Source: Selaginella moellendorffii (taxonomy: Eukaryota; Plantae; Lycopodiophyta). From it: a stretch of 62,941 bases of DNA. Positions 1-11,586 of the stretch are shown one piece after another (within the stretch, counting starts at the first letter, position 1; each line of letters starts with the position of its first letter). The position numbers and the translations under genes were made by a program. Location of the stretch: contig NW_003314315.1 of assembly GCF_000143415.4 (NCBI RefSeq), positions 755,974 to 818,914 of the forward strand, written 5' to 3'. Under the pieces are notes generated by a model. The model searched no databases. It saw only the letters and a program-made list of their open reading frames with translations, and was not told the DNA's origin.

Positions 1-1312
1 GTGAAGGCTAATAATTGATAATCTAGACCAGTAGAAACAATAAAAGACCTTTTACTTACTTCTCAATGCTATTCCGTTGAAAGCCATTTATGCCCTAAAA
101 CTATATTAAGTCTTTATTTAAATGGGCCTAAAATGGGTTTATGAGAGAAACGTGAGCACCAATGTCGCGCATGTGACTTCGGGTATTGAAAGTTACCTGT
201 CGACTAGTCCTTACGGACACTCTTACCTTACTGCCATGATGGCAGGAGGTCGGTATTGCTGGACCCTTTATCAGTCCCTCTTGTGCTAGTGGAGTTAACT
301 GGGCATTTCGAGTGTACTTAGACCGGACAAGCATAAGGACGGAATTCCTACGTGTTATTAGCTAAGCATACTTAGCCCGGTAAGGAGTTCCCGTCTCGTT
401 TTGTCTTGCACTGGCTAGTGACAAGAACCCTCGCGTATTGAGATTGGTCCCTCAATATCGCTACATGATAGCTTACCGTGTCTGCCAAACACCCTCGCTA
501 TCATACCCTTTGTGTTAGTCTCATTTCGGTCCCAAATGCTATTTATGGAAAGTGTCCAGATTTGCTCATTTGGCATATCTACGGAATGTAGAGATCAGCC
601 TGAACACAATGGTGTTCGTCCCATGTCTAAATTCACAATCTAAGGACATTCCATATTTAGTAAGTTTCGAGCTTGTCCCAGAAACTAACTCCTGATACTA
701 AGGGAGGCTTGGGGTGAAAGCCCAAAGCGTGTGTTCCTCAAGGGGGGGGGGGGGGCTGTAGGGGGTTCCAAATGTATAGTAGGGATAGTGGGTAGGTCGG
801 GCATGGCCGACCAACCTGAGGCATAGTTTAGCTCCCGCTTGCGTGCCTGTCCTTGTTCTGTGTCCGGCTTGGGTCTAAGCCCAAGTTCCATTCCATGCTA
901 GCTGGTGGAGTACCCATATTCTCACGTTAGGCCACCGGTATGCCGAAATAGCGCCAGACTCCGTTTGGCTCCGTTTTGCATGCTGGTCCTGGCATTGGGA
1001 TGCTGGTTGCTCTAGGACTGTTCCAAGTCGCTCCGGGCCCCTGTCCCTTCGCTCCTTGGGCTATATGCTCGGGAGTTGCTCCGTGGTCCGGTTCCATCAC
1101 TCCTTGGCGTCACGCTTGGGAGTTTGGCACCGTTCCTCCGTTCAGTGGCCCAAGGCCCTGAACCTCAGGTTCCTATGGACACGTGGCATGGACACGTGGT
1201 ATGTGACACGTGGCATCTGTCACGTGGCACAAAGAGGGTTTAGGTTCCGCTTCGTGGTGTTATCCTATGGTAAATCACCATAGGATAAAGGGTCAAAACC
1301 ACGTGCGCTACA
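1..1312 (+). mobile_element. 3' part of an LTR (solo or 3' LTR) of an LTR retrotransposon
   Basis: Ends in ...GTGCGCTACA at 1312. Region ~915-1312 is the reverse complement of 62364-62760. Contains the GGGTGAAAGCCCAAAGC...poly-G module also seen in the Gypsy LTRs at 34 and 40 kb. Confidence 0.75.
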
Positions 1313-4300
1313 ACCAAGTACCAGACTTGGGCATTCTTAAATAATTGACTACCTGCTCGATTGTATTGTTTCTGGATCTCTTTCTTTTGGGTTTAATGCC
1401 ACTACCTTGCATGGATTCTTGGGTCTTGCCGCTTGAGCAGCCGAATGGATCATGCAATAAGAGATTTCCCAGGGATACCTTCAAAAAGAGGGCCAATGCT
1501 TTGCAAATTCTCAAAATTCCTCAGCAAAATCAGCCAAGAAAGAAAGAACTTCATCAAAACAAGGTGACATTTTGTTTTTGTAAGTTTTTCAGGAATGGTC
1601 TTCATCTTCTTTATGCTACACCAGATTGAAGGACTGCACAGAGTGCTAGACGTGGTTAGAAGAGAGATTGATTGAAGAGAGATCTAGCACAAGGTGTGTG
1701 ATCATCCCTCCTTTTTTTTTTCTTTCTTCCTTTTGTTTTTCCTTTTCATTCACATAAGCTCCCACAGAATAAGAAGCTCTAGAGTAACATCGTGGCCTTG
1801 TTAGTTTTTGCAGCTGGTTTCTCAGGTTTGGATTTAGTACTTTGCCATTGGAAACGTAGAGTCTTTGCAAGTTCAAAAATTATACCAAAGGATACAAATG
1901 TAGGGACAGTGTCGTCTCGAATCCTGTGAGACAACAACTCTTCCAGTGCCTTAAACTTCTACTTCTGCCCAAGTGTAGTGCACCTTATCTCTCTCCCCTT
2001 AAGCCAACTGGAAAAGGGGCAATTGCTTGATGAGAGAGCCCTTAGTGGCTATTTTATCCCCATTTATCTCCCAAGGTTCCAAGGATCCACGGTGACAGTA
2101 TATCCAAATCTCATCCCATGATCACATGCGCTACACTCACCCCCCCTTCAGAGATGTCAATGTCCTCATTGACTATTGACTAATAACCCCTACTGAGCCA
2201 AGGGGAACCAGCACCTCCATTTCCGCACTCAATCTACCAATCCTTCCATTGTGTAGACCAGCTATTCCATGTGAGGCAACTAGTCATCCACCCGTACCGC
2301 AGTCCCACGGTGGATACCTTCGTCCGTGGATACTCCACACAAGAGGCAATGTCCTCATTGACTATTGACTAATAACCCCTACTGAGCCAAGGGGAACCAG
2401 CACCTCCATTTCCGCACTCAATCTACCAATCCTTCCATTGTGTAGACCAGCTATTCCATGTGAGGCAACTAGTCATCCACTCGTACCGCAGTCCCACGGT
2501 GGATACCTTCGTCCGTGGATACTCCACACAAGAGGAATGACGTACGCATGGATGCCCAATACGTACGATTTCAAATTTAGGGGTAGGAATATACCTTGCT
2601 CAAGGGTATATTATACTTTTTAAGTAGCTACTAATCAATGGGAATCGAACCCGTGCCATTTGCTCTGATACCAACTGTAGCGCACCTTATCTCTCTCCCC
2701 TTAAGCCAACTAGAAAAGGGGCAATTGCTTGATGAGAGAGCCCTTAGTGGCTATTTTATCCCCATTTATCTCCCAAGGTTCCAAGGATCCACGATGACAG
2801 TATATCCAAATCTCATCCCATGATCACATGCGCTACACCAAGAGAGAATATTTTCATCATTACAAATCCGTAGTGAGAGCATCTTCAGGCTTTACTGATA
2901 GTGGCAGCCCTGGACGAGGTAGCCAAGTCCAAAGAAAGTTGTTTAAAATGTCGAGCAAGATATCTACAACTAGGTAGGATGATTCCATAAACAAGTAACA
3001 TTGTTCTCGCCATGGAGATTGGTATCTAGCATGATGTTTTCAGTTTACAAGGTTGGCTGTGGAAAACCCCTCACACATCCAATGACAAGTCCCTGAAAAG
3101 TTGATGGACTCAAAGATTGTTTGAAGTAGTTTATAACTTTCTTTCTCGTTAGGACATTTTTTTTATATACCTTGATGCATGTTCTACTTTAAAGGATTTC
3201 TTTTAAGCTACTACAGGGTGAAGGAGAGCTCAACATTGTCAGAGATGGATATCCAAGGCCAAGAACCAAAGTGAACCTTTGATGTATGTGTGTCTTCCCA
3301 TTTAACTTTCTTCTAAGCTGCTTTGTTTTTCTTTTGTAAGCTATCCAGTAGGATCCAGTAGGAGCACGGTCATTTAGAAGCAAGAGACTTAGTTTAGCGA
3401 ATTGCAAGTTTCGTGACAAAGAGATGTCAAAGATACAAGGACTTTTAGTGACCATGTCAATATCTCTGAAGGTCACCCTTGAAAGACTTGACTTTAGCGT
3501 AAGTATAAAGTACTTGCAATGTGAAGTGCCATTGTTATTAGCATTTTGTTGATGCTACAGGATAATATGATTTGAGTAAAAAGGTGCATATGATGAAGTT
3601 CTGCCGCTAATGATATGCTTTCTAGATTTTGTTTGCTAGACAGCTTCTTCACACTTTCAAATTCGAGTCCTAGCTCAAATTTTTGATTGCCATAGTGATT
3701 TTGACTGTGGCTTTTCCAACCCTTTTGTCAAGAGCACTACAAGAGCATACATGGCTTCAAGCATCTAGTTCAAACAAATCAACAAAGATGAAATTTAAAA
3801 TTGCTTGTGGCTCAAGCTCTTTCACGTTCATTTTCTTGCACATTTATTGCAAGATGGGGTTTAGCATCTAGTACAGAAAGCAATACACCACATTCTGCAC
3901 CCAACTTCTCTGAAGTCCTTAAAGAACTCTCTATCCGGATGCACAATGATCATTTTCCAGGATTCCAGTGTTAGGCATACAATGTTAACGTGGTAGATTA
4001 CCTGAGAGGGGCTTTCAGAGGTAGCTTGTGTTTCTCGCATATTAGTTCTCTTGGAAATTTTAGGTTGTTGTCCAATGCAATCAGCAGCAATCTTGTGAGT
4101 TGTTGCTATGGGATTGCTAGTTTGTGTGCTTTGAATTCTAGAAATTGTTAAGAGAAGCATTGCAAGATTTCACGAATAGATATTTGTATTATAGAGAAAG
4201 CATTTGAAAAATAGACAAGAGACAATTGTATCTATTTCTAGTTGTTGGCAATTTCCATGACTGAATTGTTTGGTGTCTCAAAATGGACAATAATATTTGC

Positions 4301-5150
4301 CTCATTCAATAGAAAGAACCCTATTAGTTTTGAAGACAGATAAACAGCAATCTTTTCTAGGGATTCCAAAGCAAACTTGACCATAGACCCTTCATCCAAA
4401 TTATAAATTTTATCCACCATTTTATCATACACTGTAACTATATTCCATTATGTCATTTGATATAATAGAACCAATTATTGTAGCTGATTTATGAGGGATG
4501 GAATGCCCTTTACACTTTGCGCAAACAACAAAACCATCTTCTCTCTGCTCTAATATTGTGAAAGAGCAAAATGAGCAAAGACTTTCAGCTTGAGTGAGGC
4601 TTTGTTGGTTGTCAGGGATGAAATATCCACTAATCTATATAATTGGAAGTTAGAGTTGAAAGTAGATGTAAATAGTTTACATTACCTTGTCTTTAGAAGT
4701 GAGGCCACAGTGTGATTTATAAACTTCATTGAGCCTCTGAATTTCATTTGAATCAACTAGTGGCAAAAATAAAGTACTTCCAAGTGTTGCTAAATCACCT
4801 GATACACTCATGTTTTTCATAATATTAAAAAATAAAAACTTTGGCATATATCCAACATATAAATCTGCTACAATATGATGATATTGCTCTTCATGCTCCA
4901 GATGCATATAGAGTTGTGAAAATATCTTAGAAATAGAAAATTAAATAGGAAAAAACATTACCATAGTTATGTCCAAAGGATTATCAGAAGAAGCAATCTT
5001 TATTTTAGATAAAACACCAATGATGATTACAATAGCATGTATAGCTTGTGGATAAACTCTAGTAGCCATTAAAGATGATATAGAAGCTCCTCTAGTTGGC
5101 TGTAATCTTAATTTAACATCAAAATCATCTTTAATTTGAATCATAGAAGA
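1313..5150 (-). pseudogene. Decayed long coding remnant of unidentified family, interrupted by the TRIM
   Basis: Run of minus-strand protein-like ORF pieces (4941-5144, 4677-4907, 4238-4432, 3861-4160, and ~2850-3160 by manual translation) broken by stops and frameshifts. No recognisable motif. Confidence 0.35.
1974..2837 (-). mobile_element. TRIM (terminal-repeat retrotransposon in miniature), complete
   Basis: Two 162-bp TG...CA repeats (1974-2135, 2676-2837). 5-bp TSD CCAAG (1969-1973 and 2838-2842). Minus-strand PBS TGGTATCAGAGC (tRNA-iMet) next to 2676 and PPT GAAGGGGGGGTGAG next to 2135. Non-coding interior with a ~190-bp tandem duplication (~2158-2535). Confidence 0.93.
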
Positions 5151-6299
5151 ATCTGTAATATAAAGAACTTTTTCTAAAGTTCTATGGTGGTAAACTAGGT
5201 TTTTCTATCGTTCAACCCATCTGAAGTGAGAGAATTATAATCTTGTTAATTTTTTTAAAAATAAATTACAAACCTTGTAAGTGAGAAACATTTACCAACG
5301 ATAAATTTATTTTATAATCATGCACACATGGATGAATTGCCATATGCAGTTAAAGTTTGCAAGCCATGCATATCTGTACAATCCATTATATAAATTAAGT
5401 ATTTTGCACTTTGCAGAGTGTTCTTTGGAGGCAAAAATCAAATCAAAACTACAGAAAAAAAAAGATTTTAAAACCATATATAGATAAAATCTTCAGCTCA
5501 AGAATTTTGGTTGAATTTGCTTTTCCAAAGACAAGTGTTGCAATAGTAGCTTTTAGGATGGTCAACTTTGTCCTCTTTGCTTGTGAAACTACAAAACCAA
5601 AAAGAAATAAATCAAGAAATACTAAGGAATAAAGAGAAAAACCAAACCTTCATAAGAATTTGTTTCTGTAGACAAATCCTCAGCGGGTGACAATTGAACA
5701 ATATCCATAGCACAATCCAAATCTGACATATCTATGTGATTGATTAAACAGAATTACCTCTAGTTAATTTATACTAGTAAAAAGATCCAAAAATAAACTA
5801 GACTTCACTTTGAAGAATCGAAAACAAAAAAGAATAAAAATTTGAGCTAAAAATTAAAATCTGTCAACTAGGGTTACAGTAGACAATAAACCAATTCCAC
5901 AGGTGACAAACCTTCTGAACCTTTTCAACATTGTCCAAGCTGAAGCTAGAAGCAACCTGACTGTACTCCTCAGCTGCTACAATCTCCCTCCATCCATCGC
6001 TTTAGAAAAGAGGAATGAATAGGAATAGAAAGATTGTCCTCCACTAATCTTTATTTTCTACACATAATAGGGAGCCATACAGAGGAAGATCTAAGTCCAT
6101 ATATGCATTCCAGGTTGATTGATTGATTCTGGGCAATCAATCAGTACCGCCATAGTGGGTTTCTAATCCTGGATCGTGGCTCTCAGCTCAAACCTCCAGG
6201 GAGAGCCAATTCTCAATCAATTCACTAGTCCAAATATGATTTTTCTTGATGCTTCCCAGAGACAAGAGCAATCCATTGGAGCCAGTGGACAATGCAGTG

Positions 6300-6540
6300 G
6301 CTGGGAATGACAATAGCATCATGATTGATCTCAAGGGGGCACTACTCAAATTCCTGAGCTGGTTTCAATGCTTCATGCTTGTCACAATTGAGGCTGGGAG
6401 GCCTCTATGAGCGCTCCTCCTCTTTTTCATTCTTCCCTTCACGTGGATCACTGGCCGCTTCGTCCATCCAGTCTTGGCTCCAGATTCTCTGCTTCATGGC
6501 AGAGCCTGGATTAAGGGCCTTGGCAGTGGAACTTTGAGAG
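6300..6540 (+). pseudogene. Fragment of a GPAT4-8-type glycerol-3-phosphate acyltransferase (N-terminal HAD-like region)
   Basis: Manual translation NDNSIMIDLKGALLKFLSWFQCFMLVTIEAGRPL*ALLLFFILPFTW resembles the GPAT motif DLDGTLL..S.FPYFMLVA.EAG..LR.LLLL..LPF. In-frame stop and no continuation. Confidence 0.65.
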
Positions 6541-6849
6541 CTTATGCTCATGATGATACAAAGTGGTTAGAAAAGTTTATAAATTATAATTATGTTTATA
6601 AATTATAAATACGAAATTAATCTAAATGAATAGATGATAGAATATCCTAATATATCCAAGCATATTCTAAGTATATTCATTACTATACAGGTTTGCTTAA
6701 GAAAACCAAAAAAAACCATATATGGAAAAAGAAACCATGAGCATCTTTACTAAGGAGATATAATACTCACTTCCACGACAAAAAAGCTAGCCTCCTCGAC
6801 AGCCTCGAGGGAGATGGCACAGGCTCCTCTGGAGGCAGCAGCCATTGCC

Positions 6850-7370
6850 AAAGGGTACTACTGTCAACTTCCCAGCCAAGATGAGAGCCAACTGCAAAGC
6901 TTTTCTGCTCGAGAGCATCCCGAGATGCAAATCTGACTATCCTCTGGTGAGGCTCAAGGGGGACGTCCAGGGGCACTACACTGGATCACGCGTGGTATGG
7001 CTTCAAGAAACTGGAAACTTTCCTGGACTTTGCTGGAGCTGCTCATAGGCATCAGGACGGGGGACCAGAAGCTTCTCCACTTGAAGGAGTTGGAAGATAA
7101 CAAGATCAAGGGCAAGGACAACATCAAGAACATGTGCTTCTGTTCTTGACGAGGAAGAGGAGCTTGACGAGGTTGCGATGACTCTGGAACCAGAGGAAGA
7201 AAAGAAGAAGCAAGAAAAGGCAATGGTGGATGTGAAGAAGTGGAAGAAAGCTACCACGGCTAGCATCCAGGCAACATGGAAAGCCCAGGCTCCCGCAAGC
7301 AATGCCAAGGCGCAAGGAGTGAACAAGAGTAGCAGCAGTGGCAAGCTCAAGATGGGGGGTGGAAAGCTAA
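6850..7370 (+). pseudogene. OST-HTH/LOTUS-domain gene fragment, copy A
   Basis: Joining frames gives KMRANCKAFLLESIPRCKSDYPLVRLKGDVQGHY..LDHAWYGFKKLETFL, matching the LOTUS pattern (Y.L..FK..F...Y...LDH...GF.KL..FL) of plant NYN/MARF1-like proteins. Frameshifted. Confidence 0.5.
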
Positions 7371-7966
7371 GCGAGCTCATTAGAAAAGTAATGAGATAGC
7401 ATTGACTGATAGTAGTCAGCGTTAGTCCACCCTACTAACGAAAATTCGCAGCTCAAGTCACACCATGATAATCAATAAATCCATCAGCGAGGCTACTCTC
7501 AGCCACATTCTCCGTGAAACAGAGCCTCATTCTAATGAATTCATTGATGTGCTTATAAAGCTGGTAAAGAATTAGTGACTAACGTTGACTGCTATGACTA
7601 CTATTATCTACTACTTCCGATAAGAAATGTTATTGAAAGTTTATATTTTTAAAACAGGAAATTAAATGTCCAAAGTGTTTGTTTGAGACTTGCAATATAA
7701 TCCCCCCAATTCAATATCTCTCTGTTGTCTTAATGAAAAGTTGTTGTCTTGTTGCCTTGTTTGAGACTTGCAAATCATAATCTCCTAATTCAAATGCCTC
7801 CAGACTTCTCCATCTGTTATAATTTCGATTGAATACGACGGACCTGCCTTTGCCTGTTGCGGTTTAAAAAAACCGAAGTAATTTGTTTCATGAATCTTCA
7901 TTCTGTGCCTGCAACCTCAAGCGTATCATCAGTCCAAAACGACCGAAAAGCGTACCTCCTTTCGCT

Positions 7967-9805
7967 CTAAGCTCCGTCGAGCTCCAGCTTAACCTCCGAG
8001 GTGGAAGGCTAGTTCAAGCAGAAGTTATACTTTGACTCGAGGCATGGAGACTGTTTACCTTGGCATCTGAGTCGTGTACACGAGCAGCCAAATGCGAACC
8101 TCCAGAATTGGCCGAGTGATTTGCCTCAACCACGGGCTTCTCCAGATTCTCCACCTCACGGATCCTAAAAGTGCTCCATTAGTCACTTGTTCTATCTCTC
8201 AAGCATGAAGACTTACCTGTGGGAGTGCTTGTTGCCAGGCCTCCTCATCCCAAACTCGGTGATCCTTTGCATGTGCTTCTCCATCTCAGCTCGCTTCTCC
8301 GCTGCTGCCGCGAGCTGAACAACGAAAGCATCTCCAGGATCGAACACAGTGCCACGATGAGACACTGGATCCAAAGCCTGTTCCTGGGCTCTTCGATCAT
8401 TGCCGCTCCGACGAGCAGCACTCGACAAGAATGGATCCTCCGGGAGAGAAGCTCTTGGCACCTTCTTGTGCTCGTCGACTCCATGGATCGCTGCTGGTGG
8501 ATCTCGTCCCAATGGCGGCGTCAGGGGGTCGTCAACCGAATCGGTAGCAGCACCATAGATTGGATTCATCTTGAGAAAAGCCGAAGGTGGCAGCCGCCTT
8601 GGAGGCCTCGCGAGTGGAGGACTGGCCACCTTTGTGCTGGGATTTAGCTGCGACGGTCGAAGGTGCTGCTCGCTCCTCTCTTGAACGAAGGAATTGAGCT
8701 TGTCCCGGAGCTCTGCGTCCTCAATCTTGCTCAAGGGAACGAGATACTCTCGCTGACTGCCGCTGCTGCTGCTGCCACCGCCAGGAAGATGGCTGCTCCC
8801 GACGTAGCGCACCAGGATGTCATTCGCCTTCTTTCTTCTTCCCTTCACGAGTATCCAGATGCCGGTGACGATGGCCACCATAGCAAGCAGGAAAAGGACG
8901 ATGCCTGCCGCAAGCAGCCCCGGTGTCGCAAACGCTGCCGCTGCTGCTGCTACTGTTGATGATGACGACCCCAGAGGCGGAGCAATAGACAAGGGGCCAG
9001 GCGGAGGCGGCGATGAAAACGTGTGAAAGACAGGCGACCCTGGTTGCCATGTTATCGTGTCATGAGCGGGCCTTGGCCACCAAGTGGTTGTCCCAGAAGA
9101 AGGTGGCGGCCCTGTATGCTCCTTTGCTGGTGGACGTGGCGGCGGCCCAAACCTCCTTGGTCGCCAAGTGGTTGCCCCGGAAGAAGGTGGCGGCCCTGTA
9201 TGCTGCTTTGCTGGTGGAGGTGGGTGCTGCTTTGCTCCTCCTCCGTGGCTGTGCTGCTTTGCTGCTCCGTGGCTTGCTGGTGGCGGTGGCGGACTGTGCT
9301 GGTGCTGCTTTGCTGCTCCGTGGCTTGCTGGTGGAGGTGGCGGACTGTGCTGGTGCTGCTTTGCTGCTCCGTGGCTTGCTGGTGGAGGTGGCGGACTGTG
9401 CTGGTGCTTCTTTGCTGCTCCGTGGCTTGTTGGTGGCGGACTGTGCTGGTGCTTCTTTGCTGCTCCATGGCTTGTTGGTGGAGGTGGTGGTGCTCCATGG
9501 CTGTCCTGCTTTGGAGGTGGTGCTCCTCCATGGCTGTGCTGCTTTGCTGCTCCATGGTGTTGCTCTGCTGGTGCTGGTGGAGGTGCCTGACTGTGGGCTC
9601 TGCTGTGAGGTGGCGGAGCTCCTCTCGCCCTCCTTGGCGATGGTTTGGGGGGCGGCATGCTACCTGGAGGTGGCACTCTCGTTTTGGGCGGTGTCGCGCT
9701 CCTGTGCCCTGGACGAGGCGGATGCACGCTCCTGTGCGCAGCTGGAGGCGGCGCCCGACGAGGTGGAGACGACGGCGGCACACTCCGACGGATGATGCTA
9801 GCCAT
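7967..9805 (-). CDS. His/Pro-rich extensin-like single-pass membrane protein, ~578 aa; exons 9805-8217, 8164-8059, 8008-7967
   Basis: 530-codon ORF with HGAAK(K/Q)HQHSPPP(PP) repeats and a TM helix GLLAAGIVLFLLAMVAIVTGIWILV followed by KGRRKK. The ORF-track stop lies inside a CAG|GTAAGT donor. Two ~50-nt GT-AG introns keep the frame open (RIREVENLEKP...DSDAK|PSTSEVKLELDGA*). Confidence 0.8.
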
Positions 9806-10739
9806 ATTTCTTGCTTACCGGATTCGCTTCCGAGAAACCTTTTTTTTAGGTCATGAAGGTTTAGTGCATATAAATGATTCTTGTACGGACGCATTATCTG
9901 CAGCGCTTTAAAGTTATGATGTCCAGTTTTTGCGATCATGATGGAAGCAATATCACTGTTCGGAATCTCTTTCTTTCATTATCACATAATGCTCATTTGG
10001 TTCTTCCCCCAAAAAAACCGGAGCTCGTTGATAAACTCTCAGGCTCAATTCTAGGAGGAAGAGCAAAGATGAGAATGGTCGTTCACCACGATGCAATGCT
10101 CCGTGCGTAAGAATTTAATCAAAATCTCCACTCTGGAAGCTTATGTTGTTTGAAAATTCTTTTCATTGCGTTTTAGGCGTCAAAGATCGTGTATTGTGAC
10201 CTTATCGACACACACAAAAGAGAGACAGCCCATAGCAATGGTTTTTATAGTTGAATTTGCTTTGATGGTGATTCACTCTTCAATGGGCACATGGATCAGG
10301 TATGCCTAGGGCTAAAGAAATTGATGTTTAATATTTGATCATAGTAAATAACGACTTAAATTACCACTATATTTATAGCTTCATTTTTGGACTTAGTCGT
10401 ACTACATATTTTTTTGTTTATAACTATTATAATTGACTTAAAACTTAGTCACAAATAACTACTAAACATAACAACTATATTTTTTGTTTTATAACCATTA
10501 TAAATGACTTAAAATTTAGTCATAAATTGCAACTTAGCTTAAGAAATTTTTTAATTCTGACTTTAAAGCTAGTCAGAAATAATGACTACTAAAAATAAGT
10601 GCATATTTTCGTGTCTTAAATTGCAGTTACAATATCAATGGAAAGCTTAATGACAGAAATTTAAGTTGTATAGCGAATTAATGCAATAACATAAAACTAA
10701 GTCAGGCTCATGTAGTAATGGACGATCTTGTTTGTGTCG

Positions 10740-11210
10740 GGCACATTCTACAACAATGAGCCAACTGCCTGATCGGGGGGATGATGCTGGATTGAAAGGA
10801 GTTCCCCCAGTCAGGATCAGGATCACCGAGTAGGAGCTTGATGCTTCATATTGGATTGTTGTTAATGTCCAGTGCTGGCTGCTGAGCCCAGGTAAGCTTG
10901 ATGCTACTGGGAATTCATACTCAATTGGGAGTGTCCAGCCCTGGCCACTGAGCTTGTGACACATAATCGATGCCAAAATTCTTCCACACATACGCAATCT
11001 TGCCATAGACACCTTGCTTGATGTTTGTGGAGAAGATGTTGTGGACGTGGAAGAAGGCCTTGGTGAGGGACTTGCTTAACGTTTGGGGTGACAAAGCACA
11101 GCATAGGCTGAGAGGAAGCTAAAGAACCATAGCTGAACACTCACCTGGAACTTGGGGACAGCCATGAATGAGGATGTGAAGCTCCTTCCTGAGCTGTAGG
11201 ATGACTTTCA
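10740..11210 (-). pseudogene. Decayed coding fragment of unknown family (copy B at ~19230-19690)
   Basis: Reads SKSLTKAFFHVHNIFSTNIKQGVYGKIAYVWKNFGIDYV...GDPDPDWGNSFQSSII with stops. Its 3' end shares CCTTTC.ATCCAGCATCATC...AGGCAGTTGGCTC with the B-lectin fragment at 26884. Confidence 0.4.
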
Positions 11211-11586
11211 AAGTAAAGGAAACACTTTACTGACAAGCACAAATTCTCACATCATGATGAAACAAGAAGAGCTCAATCAATGACCTATGATAACAAGATA
11301 GCTGGAACAAGAAGTTAGTATGTATATTCCAAAATACCCAATCCTTGTGATGGCCAAAAGTGTCATAATAAAAATTTAGAAGACCTCGAATGAGTAGATA
11401 TATGCAGCTTTTGTTGGATTTGATGGGGACACATTTAGCACAAGAAAAGTGAAGAATATTTAGAGCTAAATCATCGTCAATGCTTCATATTGTGCAAAGC
11501 CCCTTCCAATGACAATACTAATGATGAAACAAAATGACAAACTCATATAGTTGGCAGAAACAAGGAGCAGCAAAAGAAGCACTCCT

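Noticed and set aside
2020-2060. Hammerhead ribozyme (retrozyme) in the TRIM repeat, TTGATGAG...
   Set aside because: Lacks the CUGAUGA core and the GAAA following stem II.
2636-2675. tRNA gene
   Set aside because: Only a PBS and a T-loop-like motif; no cloverleaf.
9013-9939. Long overlapping ORFs in other frames and strands over the Pro-rich repeats (also 17302-18419 and 25794-26626)
   Set aside because: Shadow frames of a stop-poor GC-rich repeat. Only the MASIIRR frame has a TM segment and consistent splicing.
10340-10630. CACTA-like subterminal GACT(T)AAA/TTTAGTC palindromic repeats (also 18820-19120)
   Set aside because: No intact CACTA terminus or 3-bp TSD; too decayed to call.
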